A stretch of 64,000 nt of DNA from Escherichia phage vB_EcoM_112: sequence record NC_024125.2; one strand, written 5' to 3'. This document shows positions 10,172-20,534 of the stretch, one piece after another. The notes under the pieces were generated by a model that saw only the letters and a list, made by a program, of their open reading frames with translations, made no database searches and had not been told where the DNA came from. Numbering within the stretch: position 1 is the stretch's first letter; each line of letters opens with the position of its first letter. The translations under genes and the position numbers were made by a program.

Positions 10172-10642
10172 TTAATCATGTGTCCACCCCTCATCGGTAT
10201 TTGACCAAAGTCGCTGATTATCTGATCCTCGCCACAGCTTTTTAGTCGGAAGATTTTTCTCATACTTCCCATCAATAATAACATCAACATATTTAAGCAT
10301 TTCTAGTTGTTTAATATCTTCAAACTTATATCCTGTCCACAACCAAATGCTTTTATTGGGATAAAGATTTTTAATAGTTTGAACCACAGAGTGAATCACG
10401 TCTCTGTTATCAGGATAAAGAGGGTCTCCTCCAGTTATAGTTAATCCTTCTATATAATCATTATTCAAACATTCAATTAATTGTTCTAATGTTTCACCAG
10501 TGAATGGAATACCATTTCTAGCATTCCATGTTGATTTATTATAACACCCTTCACATTTATGCAAACAACCTGTAACGAAAAGAACGGTCCTGCATCCAGG
10601 GCCATTCACAAAGCAGCACGGATATATTCTGTCATAATTCAT
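10172..10642 (-). CDS. nrdG: anaerobic ribonucleotide reductase activating protein (radical SAM)
   Basis: Start at MNYDRIYPCCFVNGPGCR gives 156 aa; cysteine-rich activase motifs; adjacent to nrdD. Confidence 0.85.
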   Translation of the reverse strand: MNYDRIYPCCFVNGPGCRTVLFVTGCLHKCEGCYNKSTWNARNGIPFTGETLEQLIECLNNDYIEGLTITGGDPLYPDNRDVIHSVVQTIKNLYPNKSIWLWTGYKFEDIKQLEMLKYVDVIIDGKYEKNLPTKKLWRGSDNQRLWSNTDEGWTHD

Positions 10643-11469
10643 AATAATATCCAATTTTTCCAAGCTTCATCAGTAGAATTACAGCATTTTAGTATAAGAT
10701 GTCTAGAAACTTTTATGGCATTTGAGCACTTTTTAATTGAATCATATTTAATACCGTCAACTGAAACGGTTTTGCTAGTTGGAGAAATTTTTCCATACAT
10801 TGGATTTTTTGAACCAACTTGAAGTCCTTTTAAAGCTTTTGAAAGCTTTTGTCTAGATTCCAATGACATGGGAGAATTCTTTTTACCTTCAATAATTCGC
10901 TTGCGATGAAGTTCGCGTTCTTCTTCACTCAAAGAATTGTAATATTTTTTAACACCGTTTGATATAGATAATTTATCTTTCTCAGACCGCTCTCCAGCTA
11001 ATTTACTTCTAACATCTTTTCGCTTCATAGCTATGCTTACGGCTTTATTTAAATTTGCTTGATGCTCTGGCGTACGTTTATATTTCTTTAAAGCACGTGA
11101 AATAGCTATTTTAGTTTCTTCTGTTCTCTTTTTACCTTTATTTGCTAAACTATTTTTGCGGCGATGTTCAAGTGTCTGTTCATAGGCAGTTCCACCTTTT
11201 CCACCAGGTTTAATATTATATGTATTTTCTTTTAGACAATACTCTTCGGTTACAAGTTCAGCTTCTTTATCATACATTTGTTTTTCATTATCAAAAACAT
11301 GTAAAATTTCTTTATTAAAATTTTTTCTACCATATTTTAATAAAGCGGCACGAATCAATGTTCCTGACCCCATATAACCGTCATTTATGTTATCGGTGCT
11401 ATGCGCACCGATATATTCCTTTGAATTAATTATATTTGTTATTTTATAAATTATATAATACCTATGCAT
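10639..11469 (-). CDS. free-standing GIY-YIG homing endonuclease
   Basis: N-terminal YIIYKITNIINSKEYIGAHS GIY-YIG motif followed by a basic DNA-binding tail; sits between nrdD and nrdG. Confidence 0.8.
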   Translation of the reverse strand: MHRYYIIYKITNIINSKEYIGAHSTDNINDGYMGSGTLIRAALLKYGRKNFNKEILHVFDNEKQMYDKEAELVTEEYCLKENTYNIKPGGKGGTAYEQTLEHRRKNSLANKGKKRTEETKIAISRALKKYKRTPEHQANLNKAVSIAMKRKDVRSKLAGERSEKDKLSISNGVKKYYNSLSEEERELHRKRIIEGKKNSPMSLESRQKLSKALKGLQVGSKNPMYGKISPTSKTVSVDGIKYDSIKKCSNAIKVSRHLILKCCNSTDEAWKNWILL

Positions 11470-13279
11470 GTTTTACTCGTTTTACCATTTCTTTCATTTT
11501 ACCTAAATTCCATGGAACAACGCTAGGAGTTCCAAGATATCCGCATGTTCTTCTTATGGTATTCATCTTTTTAGGATCAGTTTCTCCACAAATAGAACAA
11601 ACAAATCCGTTTTCAGTAGGAGTCATTTCATGGGTACTTCCGCATGTAAAACATTTATCTACTGGCATATTAACACCAAAATAATCTAAATGTTGTGCAG
11701 CATAATCCCATACAGCCTCAAGACCTTTTAAGTTATTTTTCATATCAGGAAGTTCAACATAAGAAATGTGACCACCTGTTGCAATGAAATGATACGGGGC
11801 TTCGCGAGAAATCTTTTCAAACGGAGTAATATTTTCTTCTACTGAAACATGGAAACTGTTAGTATACCAGCCTTTATCAGTAACATCCTTTACACTTCCA
11901 TATTTTTCGGTATCAAGTTTACAGAAGCGATAACACAAGTTTTCAGCAGGAGTAGAATACAAACTAAAAGCAAATCCGGTTCTTTCAGTCCATTGTTTAA
12001 GATGAGTATTCATTTTAGTTAAAATTTCTTGTCCAATATCACGACCGACAAGAATATTCAATTCGTGAATACCAATGTATCCTAGAGACACTGAACTTCT
12101 ACCGTTTTTAAATAACTCAATTATGTCGTCATCAGGTTTAAGACGAACCCCGAATGCACCTTCTTGGTAAAGAATAGGAGCAACAGTTGCTTTAACTCCT
12201 TTTAAGGAACTAATTCTACACATCAAAGCTTCAAAACACAAATCCATTCGCTCATTGAACAATTCGATAAATTTCTGTTCATTGAACTGTGTTCCAATAT
12301 AAGAATCTAATGCGATACGAGGAAGATTCAGTGTTACAACACCAAGATTATTACGTCCATCAAGAATTTCATTACCAGTCGAATCTTTCCATACGCTCAA
12401 GAAACTACGGCAACCCATCGGAGAAACAGGAACAGATGAACCAGTGATAGCTTTATTGTTCTTAGCTGAAATAATATCAGGATACATCCTTTTGCTTGCG
12501 CACTCTAGAGCAAGCTGTTTAATATCATAGTTCGGGTCGTCTTTATAAAGATTAACACCTTCTTCAACGAACATAACAAGCTTAGGGAAAATAGGAGTTA
12601 TCCCATCACGACCAAGACCTTTAATACGATTTTTCAGAATTGCTTTCTGAATCATTCGTTCAGTCCAGTCAGTTCCCGTACCAAATGTAATTGTTACAAA
12701 AGGCGTTTGTCCGTTTGAACTAAAGAGAGTATTTACTTCATATTCATAAGCTTGGAATGCATCGTATACGTCTTTTTCTGTTTTAGACTGGGCATAATTC
12801 AACGCATCAGCGATTTGCCATTTTTCTGCATCCTCAATATGTTTTGCATAGGTGCGTTTAACATAAGGAGAAAGTACTTTATCTACATTCGCAAAAGTCG
12901 TTCCGCCGTATTGGTGAGAAGCAACCTGTGCAGTAATTTGTGCCATAATTGCAGTAGCAACGCCAATTGATTTAGGAGTTTCAATCTGTGCATTACCTAG
13001 CTTAAATCCGTTTTCAAGCATTCCTTTTAAATCTACTAAACAACAATTAGTAAATGGAAGAGCAGGGGAATAATCAATATCGTGGAAATGGATAATTCCG
13101 CTTTCATGCGCTTTCATAATAAAAGACGGGACCATATTTTTGGCAATGTGTTTAGACACAATACCAGCCATAAGGTCCCGTTGAGTTGGAAAAACACGAG
13201 AATCTTTATTAGCATTCTCGTTTAAAAGGTCTTTATTAGTTTTATGAATCAATCCTTCAATTTCTTTTTCAATTGTCAT
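11462..13279 (-). CDS. nrdD: anaerobic ribonucleoside-triphosphate reductase, uninterrupted
   Basis: 605 aa continuous; C-terminal glycyl-radical motif RRTCGYLG and Zn-ribbon cysteines. Confidence 0.95.
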   Translation of the reverse strand: MTIEKEIEGLIHKTNKDLLNENANKDSRVFPTQRDLMAGIVSKHIAKNMVPSFIMKAHESGIIHFHDIDYSPALPFTNCCLVDLKGMLENGFKLGNAQIETPKSIGVATAIMAQITAQVASHQYGGTTFANVDKVLSPYVKRTYAKHIEDAEKWQIADALNYAQSKTEKDVYDAFQAYEYEVNTLFSSNGQTPFVTITFGTGTDWTERMIQKAILKNRIKGLGRDGITPIFPKLVMFVEEGVNLYKDDPNYDIKQLALECASKRMYPDIISAKNNKAITGSSVPVSPMGCRSFLSVWKDSTGNEILDGRNNLGVVTLNLPRIALDSYIGTQFNEQKFIELFNERMDLCFEALMCRISSLKGVKATVAPILYQEGAFGVRLKPDDDIIELFKNGRSSVSLGYIGIHELNILVGRDIGQEILTKMNTHLKQWTERTGFAFSLYSTPAENLCYRFCKLDTEKYGSVKDVTDKGWYTNSFHVSVEENITPFEKISREAPYHFIATGGHISYVELPDMKNNLKGLEAVWDYAAQHLDYFGVNMPVDKCFTCGSTHEMTPTENGFVCSICGETDPKKMNTIRRTCGYLGTPSVVPWNLGKMKEMVKRVKHA

Positions 13280-13749
13280 TTTAAACTCTTTCTAAGCTGC
13301 TTCTTAAATGAAGCTATTAACTGTGTTTTGGTGTCAGATTCATTATATTCAAATCCTCTTTGAAGCATCTCGGCCATCATTTCCTCTTTTCCTAAACGAG
13401 AAAATTCCTTTGATTTATCTCCAACAAAGTTAGGGTGAATATTATTTTGGGTGTAATCGGATTTTAAATAAGTAAGTAAATTTTCTAACCATTCAAGATA
13501 ATCAACACCTTGTCCCTTTAAGCCAGAACGATTAAATTTATGCTTCATTTGACCTTCTGCGGCATTGCATAGATTACAAAGCAATCCACGTACCTTTCCT
13601 GCTTTTGGTCCATTTAATTCATGGTCATGATCAAGGTGATTAGCTTGAACGTCAGGATTTAGTTCTCGTTGGCAAATTAAGCATTTACCATTTTGTGCAT
13701 CATAAAATTTCTGTTTTTCTTCTTTATATAATTTGCCAGTCAATAACAT
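13276..13749 (-). CDS. 49: endonuclease VII (Holliday junction resolvase)
   Basis: 157 aa, N-terminal Cys cluster, HNH-like motif; T4 gp49 size and position. Confidence 0.9.
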   Translation of the reverse strand: MLLTGKLYKEEKQKFYDAQNGKCLICQRELNPDVQANHLDHDHELNGPKAGKVRGLLCNLCNAAEGQMKHKFNRSGLKGQGVDYLEWLENLLTYLKSDYTQNNIHPNFVGDKSKEFSRLGKEEMMAEMLQRGFEYNESDTKTQLIASFKKQLRKSLK

Positions 13750-13790
13750 AATAAACCCTTACTTTAAATAGATAAGGGTATTTATTATTT

Positions 13791-14276
13791 TCAAGTATTG
13801 TAAAACATTTGATGCAATCGCTTATATTGCCGAATCTTTTGGTCAGAAAAAGAAATTTGATTTTCAAGCCATTCAATGTATTCTGCGGCAGCTTGCATCA
13901 GGTTACCTTCATAGCCATCGTTATTTTCTTGTGCAGCTAATTTAGCTAATGCGTATGAAATACGTTCACCTTGAAAATCGGCTTTAGGCTTCTGAACAAC
14001 TTGATTAGTTCGCTCTACAACTTCTTCAATTTCGCCATTTTCGACTGATTCAGTATTCCACAAACACCAATACGTAATTGGCTTATCGTAGATGTTAATA
14101 ATCTTTCCGTCGGAAAGTTCAATTTCAATAATTCCAGTATCAGGTTCTATATCATCTTCACATTCTTTTGCAAGTTCACGAACTTTAAAGACAGTACCTG
14201 CACTAAGTTCCGGCCAGTAATTACATAGCCCTGTATCAACACGATTAATTCTAAACCACTTATCTACTGTAATCAT
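13791..14276 (-). CDS. pin: Pin-like protein (protease inhibitor position)
   Basis: 161 aa from internal ATG; position between gene 49 and nrdC as in T4. Confidence 0.55.
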   Translation of the reverse strand: MITVDKWFRINRVDTGLCNYWPELSAGTVFKVRELAKECEDDIEPDTGIIEIELSDGKIINIYDKPITYWCLWNTESVENGEIEEVVERTNQVVQKPKADFQGERISYALAKLAAQENNDGYEGNLMQAAAEYIEWLENQISFSDQKIRQYKRLHQMFYNT

Positions 14277-14398
14277 GTCCCATCTCCATATCAATTAAGT
14301 CATTTATCGTTGGTTCATTATACACCGTTTCTTCATCAGTGTAAATCGGTTCTTCCGGCTCTGGCTCTACAGTTTCCCATCTAGCCGCCCACCAAGGT

Positions 14399-14569
14399 TT
14401 AACCCCGAAGCTTATTAAGTTCTTCATAATCAATCCAGGATTCTAATCCTGATGGTAGGTCACATTCAATTTCCCAAAGAAGTTCTTCAATTTTATGAAG
14501 ACGATCTAATTCTTCAACAGGAATAGTAACCATTGATGGAGCTCTTGCTGCACTAATATCGTATATCAT
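14399..14569 (-). CDS. hypothetical small protein
   Basis: Track ORF 14399..14608 trimmed to internal ATG to abut the upstream gene. Confidence 0.35.
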   Translation of the reverse strand: MIYDISAARAPSMVTIPVEELDRLHKIEELLWEIECDLPSGLESWIDYEELNKLRG

Positions 14570-14571
14570 AT

Positions 14572-14787
14572 TTACCCCAGTTTGACCATGCAATCGCCGT
14601 ATTTCCACTTAGAAATAGACTTTTCACCATTAGAATAATAAACTTCGAGTTTAGCGCGATTATTTTTAATTTGAATAACCTTGGCTGTCATCAAAGTTCC
14701 ATACCCATAATAAACTGCAACCTCATCACCTACATATACCGCGCTTCCGCGGTAATCGTGAATATAGTCAGTTCCTTCAAGCATCAT
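14572..14787 (-). CDS. hypothetical small protein
   Basis: 71-aa ORF coupled to nrdC (ATGA). Confidence 0.45.
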   Translation of the reverse strand: MMLEGTDYIHDYRGSAVYVGDEVAVYYGYGTLMTAKVIQIKNNRAKLEVYYSNGEKSISKWKYGDCMVKLG

Positions 14788-15047
14788 TTAAAATATTCTC
14801 GCAATTGGTCAAATCCACCAATATGACTTCCATCAGGAGCAAATACCTGAGGCATTGTCAAGCCAATTTGAATATCACGACCTAGTTTAGTCAGAAGCTC
14901 AGCAATTTTCTCATCATCAAAAACACCTTTTTCCGGCATAATGTTGATAAATTCAAACGGCTGTTTCTTCACAGTCAAAAGACGTTTTGCATTATCGCAA
15001 TACACACATTTATGGATGTTGCTATCATAACCATATACTTTAAACAT
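14784..15047 (-). CDS. nrdC: phage thioredoxin/glutaredoxin
   Basis: 87 aa, active site CVYC, matches T4 NrdC. Confidence 0.85.
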   Translation of the reverse strand: MFKVYGYDSNIHKCVYCDNAKRLLTVKKQPFEFINIMPEKGVFDDEKIAELLTKLGRDIQIGLTMPQVFAPDGSHIGGFDQLREYFK

Positions 15048-15048
15048 A

Positions 15049-15291
15049 TTATTCCTTAATTCCTAGTACTTGTTTAAAAGTCTCGTCGTAATCAAGACTT
15101 TGGCCCGTTTGTTCTTTATGTTTGTATATAATATCACTTACTTCTGATAGCATATTTTTATATGAACGAGTTAAAGCTGATTTAAGCACGCTGTATCTAT
15201 CAGGAAATTTACCATGTTCATTATAATAAGCTATTGCTAATTCACGGACTGCCTTTTCAGCAGTCTCCATATATTCTTTACGCTTGGTCAT
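15049..15291 (-). CDS. hypothetical small protein
   Basis: Trimmed to internal ATG (MTKRKEYM); upstream part of the track ORF overlaps the next gene. Confidence 0.4.
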
Positions 15292-15592
15292 TTTCTTCTC
15301 GGTCAAATCGGTGTTTACAATGGCGACATTTATAACGAAGATTACTAGTCTGCCAATGGACCAATTGCACCTGTTCAGTTCCACATTCAGGGCAATTAGG
15401 AACGTTTTTAGAAGCCCTTTCACGACGTTCAACCATGACCATTACAGAATCCCAATTAATAGGAGGGCTATAATCATCACAACCATGAATCTTTCCACGC
15501 ATTTCCAAATCGTCTTCTTCACCAGCCATAATAATTTTAATTAGACTAGAATTACTTGAAGCTGCAATGTCTTCTAATAGACGCTTTTTCAT
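15278..15592 (-). CDS. zinc-ribbon protein
   Basis: 104 aa with CPECG...CRHCKH paired Cys motifs. Confidence 0.5.
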
Positions 15593-16518
15593 TTCAATAC
15601 CTCAATAGCATTACGTAAACCATTTGCTTTTGCATTAAGAGCTTTTAACAATTTGGTGTGTTCTGCAATTTGGGCTTCAACTTCAATCAAACGAGCATTG
15701 AGATATTCGCGTTCTTCACTCAGATTATCAACCTTTTCTACTTTAGGCTCTTTTACAACTGTCTTATATGTATTAGGGTTCTTCAGTTTAATTAGAATGC
15801 GTGAACTGTATAACATTGAACCATTATTTTCGGTTTCGTCATACATTTCTACTACATCCATAATTTTTAACATCATGCGGAGTTTATAAGACAACGAACG
15901 AATAGTTTTGTTGTGCTTATTAATTTCTTTAGCTGTCATGGTGCCGAGATTACGTGAGTAATAATAAGGAACCTGGATATTAATTAATACTGATGAACCA
16001 CCTGGCTTGTGTGTTACTTCATCAGCAATAACCCAGTCCTTAACATGAACTGTATTTGTACGGTCATCACCCGCGGTAAACAGTTTGCGAGCATGCTTAA
16101 AAAGCATATTCACTTGGTCATTGAATTGACAAGCAAATTTATCAGCAAATTTAGTTTCAGGAATGGTAGATAACCAATCAGCCAAATGAGTCTTTTTAAC
16201 ATCGTTAACAATAGTAAATTCAACCAAATCGGTTATAGATGTCTCAGATTTAATAAAGCTCGGCTTCATAAAGTTTTTAATGTTATCGTGAGCTACAGTA
16301 GAAGATAACATACGAGAACGTTTAAACCATTCAAGCAAATTACCTAACGAATGAGAATAAGCGTTTTGAGTATCTTTACAGATATGATTTTCCTGGCCAA
16401 CATATTGAAGGAAATCACGAAGAATATTATTGATTACTGCTCTGTGTCCGATCTGATAATTACGGTGTTTAGTAATAAGACTGTCAAAATAATCAATATA
16501 ATGTTTACGAGTTTTCAT
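15589..16518 (-). CDS. hypothetical protein with C-terminal coiled coil (four-member family, member 1)
   Basis: 309 aa; globular N-terminal part plus heptad-rich tail ...LIEVEAQIAEHTKLLKALNAKANGL. Confidence 0.55.
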   Translation of the reverse strand: MKTRKHYIDYFDSLITKHRNYQIGHRAVINNILRDFLQYVGQENHICKDTQNAYSHSLGNLLEWFKRSRMLSSTVAHDNIKNFMKPSFIKSETSITDLVEFTIVNDVKKTHLADWLSTIPETKFADKFACQFNDQVNMLFKHARKLFTAGDDRTNTVHVKDWVIADEVTHKPGGSSVLINIQVPYYYSRNLGTMTAKEINKHNKTIRSLSYKLRMMLKIMDVVEMYDETENNGSMLYSSRILIKLKNPNTYKTVVKEPKVEKVDNLSEEREYLNARLIEVEAQIAEHTKLLKALNAKANGLRNAIEVLK

Positions 16519-16572
16519 GTTCTTCTCACTTGGTTAATGATTTATACTCCGAGCCATCCTTGGCTTTAAATT

Positions 16573-17604
16573 TTACTTAATTAACTGTAAAGCTTGTTCT
16601 AAACGATCAAGACGATTAACAGATTCTTCCCAAATCCTTTTAGCCTGCTCATATTCTTTCTGCGCTTTATTAGAAATTTCTAGAACTTCTTTATAAGCTT
16701 TTTCTAGTGCAATAACTTCTGGACGAATTTCTACCGGTTCAGGTGAATCATCAAGATTATCCATTAGTTCCTCAAGGGTAGTTTCTTCTTTAGGAGTATT
16801 CACAATTTCATCACATTTTTGCTGGTAAATTTCTTTATCAGTCGGTGAGTACGCACACTTTACTTCACGAAGACTAATTACAATTTTATATCCTTCCCAT
16901 CCGCATATATTCTTAAAAGGATATGTATGAATACTTTTTACAGTTTCCATACAGCCCAAAGCCGTCTCTAATTGATGAGTTATAGTGCTAGCAATTGAGA
17001 AAAATTTATTAATGTTCTTTTGATTAGCTGCTGGTGTAAAAAATCCATAATTCACAAAAATAGCTACTTTATTTTTATCAAGCTCATATTCTTTTACGAT
17101 AATCATATCAGAAGCCAAAGGATGAATTTGACGATAATCGCCATAACATAATTTAGAAGCTGATTTTAGAATTTGTCCTTTGAAAAGTCTGAAATTACTA
17201 ATCCAACGACGAGTAAAAATATTCTCAGGGTCTTCTTTGATATTAAGATGATAAGAATTAACATCACCGAACCAATTATATCCTACTACATCTTTAGTTC
17301 GTTTAATTTCTTTCCCAAAATTACCAAGAATATCCCTATTAACCAAATATGAAAGAAGACGAGACCCTTTAAAGGTTTTCTTAATGGCATCTTTATCTGT
17401 ACGACTAGAAATTTCACGAACTTCATGAATAAATTTGCCGGAAGAAACAATACTTGCATCAATATTATTGAGCCATTGATTGATAATAGAAAGAACGATA
17501 TTTTGACCAAACATCGGTATAGCTTTATCATCAATAACGCTGTTGAACGATTTAATATATTCGTTGCGAGTCATATTAATCTCCTCAGTAGAAAGTAAGA
17601 ACAT
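16573..17604 (-). CDS. hypothetical protein with C-terminal coiled coil (family member 2)
   Basis: 343 aa; shares the FRLFKGQILKSASKL-type block with the next gene. Confidence 0.55.
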   Translation of the reverse strand: MFLLSTEEINMTRNEYIKSFNSVIDDKAIPMFGQNIVLSIINQWLNNIDASIVSSGKFIHEVREISSRTDKDAIKKTFKGSRLLSYLVNRDILGNFGKEIKRTKDVVGYNWFGDVNSYHLNIKEDPENIFTRRWISNFRLFKGQILKSASKLCYGDYRQIHPLASDMIIVKEYELDKNKVAIFVNYGFFTPAANQKNINKFFSIASTITHQLETALGCMETVKSIHTYPFKNICGWEGYKIVISLREVKCAYSPTDKEIYQQKCDEIVNTPKEETTLEELMDNLDDSPEPVEIRPEVIALEKAYKEVLEISNKAQKEYEQAKRIWEESVNRLDRLEQALQLIK

Positions 17605-17631
17605 TATACCACATCCTTGTGGCGAAGTAAA

Positions 17632-18639
17632 CTAGTTTAGTGCATTTAGTGCGTTGTTCAGTTTAGAACGTTGCTTCGTGAGATTTTTGACTTTTTCTAG
17701 CATCTTTTCAGCTTCTAACACTTCATTGGTCGCTTTAACGAGTTCATCATCTACTGCCTTGATAGACTTCTCAATCGCATCCGCGTGCCATTTTTCAACA
17801 GGTTTAAGACTCGGATTTTCAATAGGAAGAAAATTCGCTTTATTAAATTTCCATGCATCTTTATTACCTGAGCTATACATCCAAAATTTAGGATCGTTTG
17901 ATGAGCAATTAGATAAATTTAAGTTATCTTGCACTTCCTGCTTTTTCTCTTGCGTGACTTCGTCTTTTCTCAAAAAATCATATTTAAATGAAACGATCAT
18001 ATCAAGTTCATATGTTGTTGTATGTTCCCAATTTCGCTCAAAACGAGGTAAAATCTTAGACTGAACAGCGGCAACAACATCCATATACTTAAATGCTTCT
18101 GTCAACTGTGATTTAAGGCATTCACAAATTGAAAGAGAATTTTTTGTATTAGGTTTAAAGCTAATTCGTGCAGTTCTATTATTTTCTTTTAACGGTCTTA
18201 CTTCCATCTGAAGAGTATAACCATCAAATTTCAGATTCTTTAAGTTAATATCAGAACCTTTTAATCGACTAGCAGTAGACAAAATTTGCTTTAATTGTTT
18301 ACGAAATAGAGCAATAAATCTCCATTCAATACGATAATGATTTGGATTAAAAAATCCTGTTGATAAATCAACCTTACTCTGACCAACGCCTTGAACAAAT
18401 AGAGGATTTTTATAATCAATAGTTTTACAGAAATCGGTGAGCTGCTCACGAGCAGTCATTTGTGTAATATATCCCGCTTTACTAAAATGACGTAACCATT
18501 CACTGCTATTCATATACTTAAAGTGAATATCACGATTAACTTTATCAGGGTCTAAATTATTTTGGCACAAAAATGTCATAACATTACGGGTATAGCTGGC
18601 ATTACGAACCATATCTTCAATTTGAGAACGAGTTTTCAT
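17632..18639 (-). CDS. hypothetical protein with C-terminal coiled coil (family member 3)
   Basis: 335 aa; IALFRKQLKQILSTASRLKGSD block parallel to member 2. Confidence 0.55.
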   Translation of the reverse strand: MKTRSQIEDMVRNASYTRNVMTFLCQNNLDPDKVNRDIHFKYMNSSEWLRHFSKAGYITQMTAREQLTDFCKTIDYKNPLFVQGVGQSKVDLSTGFFNPNHYRIEWRFIALFRKQLKQILSTASRLKGSDINLKNLKFDGYTLQMEVRPLKENNRTARISFKPNTKNSLSICECLKSQLTEAFKYMDVVAAVQSKILPRFERNWEHTTTYELDMIVSFKYDFLRKDEVTQEKKQEVQDNLNLSNCSSNDPKFWMYSSGNKDAWKFNKANFLPIENPSLKPVEKWHADAIEKSIKAVDDELVKATNEVLEAEKMLEKVKNLTKQRSKLNNALNALN

Positions 18640-18647
18640 GGTGTTCC

Positions 18648-19550
18648 TTAAGATTTAAGTAAATCAACAATTTTAATTAATTTTTCACGCTCAGATTTAG
18701 CTTTACTACTCAATCCAGATAGTCTGAAAATTTCATCGTCATACTGTTGAATAGAAATATTCAGCTCTTCAATTTGCTTATTAAAATAATCAATTTGCTC
18801 AGAATGTTTTTCATTACTGCGAACTGGTACAGGTTTTGTAGGCAATTTAGTTAAACTGGATTCATCCGGGCGATAAATTAAAATACAACTTGAACCAATC
18901 GGGCATTTAGCACCAGACACATATTCTAATGTTCCGGCTTCTTTTAAAACTTCAAAAGCTAAACAGAGATGATGCCCCATATTAACATAATCTGTAGAGC
19001 GAGCTCTGACGTAATAATCATCGCCGCGAATACTAAATTTAAAGCATTTAAGGTCTTCTGTATTATTGGTCTTAAAAATCATTTGTTTATCTAGACCTTT
19101 AGCTAATCTAGCGCCTAATGCTAATAATCGTCGTTGATTTTCCCACAAATCCGCAATCATTTGATCGAATGACAATTTCGGCATTAGTCGGCCATAAAGG
19201 TCATATCCTTTATTATAATTACGAAGGATTTCACTCGCGTTAATACGAGACAATGCTCCAATTTTATTAAGGGCTTTCATGATGCGATTAGATAAACCCA
19301 TTCCAGACCCGTTTGTTCGTTGTAAATGTTTATCTAATCCAAACCCAATATCAACTTTAAATTTATCTAAAATTTCAGCATGAACATCTCTGTCAATAAC
19401 ATTCAAATCCAAAGTTGGGTTAAATCTATGAAAAAATTTATCTGGCTCTCCACGACGAAGTACAGTCCATTCATTTAATTTTTTATTAACTAAAGATTTA
19501 ATTACTGTATTGACATTATTAATTACTACTGACATATTTTTCTCACTCAA
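18648..19550 (-). CDS. hypothetical protein with C-terminal coiled coil (family member 4)
   Basis: 300 aa; RRLLALGARLAKGLD block and coiled-coil tail. Confidence 0.55.
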   Translation of the reverse strand: MSEKNMSVVINNVNTVIKSLVNKKLNEWTVLRRGEPDKFFHRFNPTLDLNVIDRDVHAEILDKFKVDIGFGLDKHLQRTNGSGMGLSNRIMKALNKIGALSRINASEILRNYNKGYDLYGRLMPKLSFDQMIADLWENQRRLLALGARLAKGLDKQMIFKTNNTEDLKCFKFSIRGDDYYVRARSTDYVNMGHHLCLAFEVLKEAGTLEYVSGAKCPIGSSCILIYRPDESSLTKLPTKPVPVRSNEKHSEQIDYFNKQIEELNISIQQYDDEIFRLSGLSSKAKSEREKLIKIVDLLKS

Positions 19551-19951
19551 TTTTCAATTTTACTAAATACACAGAATATGATGGAAAAGACTATATAAGC
19601 ACCGCATACAGATTGAACTAATACCATTCCAAAGAACCAAACAATATTATCAAACAATGTCTGTTTTACGTCGAAAGGACGTAAACTTACAGTAATATTA
19701 TCACCTTTTTCTATTGAAGAATACATCTCTGGTGAAATATATTCGCTAAATCTATAACCGTCATTTAGTTCATATACGGCAATAAACGATAAACTAGACC
19801 CCTTTCCTTGTGTTCCTGTAAAGGTATTAACTATAGTAACATCATAATCTTTATAATGCATATAATCATTAATTGCGTAATAACCATATGCAATTACTAT
19901 ACATAAACAACATATCAATAAATTCAATCTTTTAATTATCAACTGTTTCAT
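19547..19951 (-). CDS. membrane protein
   Basis: 134 aa with N- and C-terminal hydrophobic helices. Confidence 0.5.
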   Translation of the reverse strand: MKQLIIKRLNLLICCLCIVIAYGYYAINDYMHYKDYDVTIVNTFTGTQGKGSSLSFIAVYELNDGYRFSEYISPEMYSSIEKGDNITVSLRPFDVKQTLFDNIVWFFGMVLVQSVCGAYIVFSIIFCVFSKIEN

Positions 19952-20006
19952 AATAATCTCAATTAAAAGGGCTTAGAACCATTATACCATCCTTGGTATA
20001 AAGCGG

Positions 20007-20534
20007 TTATGCGAGTACCGTCTTTAACCGTTCTTCAAATTTCCGAAGAGTGTTCTGGCGTTCAGCTCTTTGCTTTTTGTAAGTTTCAATACGCTCTGAA
20101 ATGAGATTGTATCGTTCATTTACTGATTCTTTCATAAAATCAGGAATTTCACGAGAAGCTTTAATCTCGTCAAATTTATCAATAACAGCTTGCTCTTCAG
20201 CAATTAAGTTATCATACATCAAAATATCTTTCTTGATGAACTCAATATCTTCTTGAGTTACACGAGATAATTTAGATGCTTTATCCTTTTTGTACTGTTC
20301 GTTAGTATCACGAGACCAGTGTAATGTACGATTTTTATTCGTATTTTTGTAAATTTCTACAATACCAATCTCATCGATAATAACGATCCAATTCCAACGA
20401 GATTTGTAAATTTGTCCTCCATCAACCGTGATTTCACCTCCAATTGAGATGTCATTAAAGAACTTGCTTTGAGCTTCAGATTTAAATTTACCATCATTGT
20501 AGTTTACCAAGTTGAAAATATCTTTAGCATTCAT
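20007..20534 (-). CDS. hypothetical protein
   Basis: Start set at MNAKDIF after an RBS; the track's N-terminal extension is a translated promoter repeat. Confidence 0.5.
   Translation of the reverse strand: MNAKDIFNLVNYNDGKFKSEAQSKFFNDISIGGEITVDGGQIYKSRWNWIVIIDEIGIVEIYKNTNKNRTLHWSRDTNEQYKKDKASKLSRVTQEDIEFIKKDILMYDNLIAEEQAVIDKFDEIKASREIPDFMKESVNERYNLISERIETYKKQRAERQNTLRKFEERLKTVLA

Noticed and set aside
10096-10290. 64-aa minus-strand ORF overlapping the nrdG 3' end
   Set aside because: Alternative frame within nrdG; no RBS and no independent support.
11462-13279. Possible group I intron in nrdD
   Set aside because: The nrdD frame is continuous for 605 aa with the glycyl-radical motif intact, so no intervening sequence is present.
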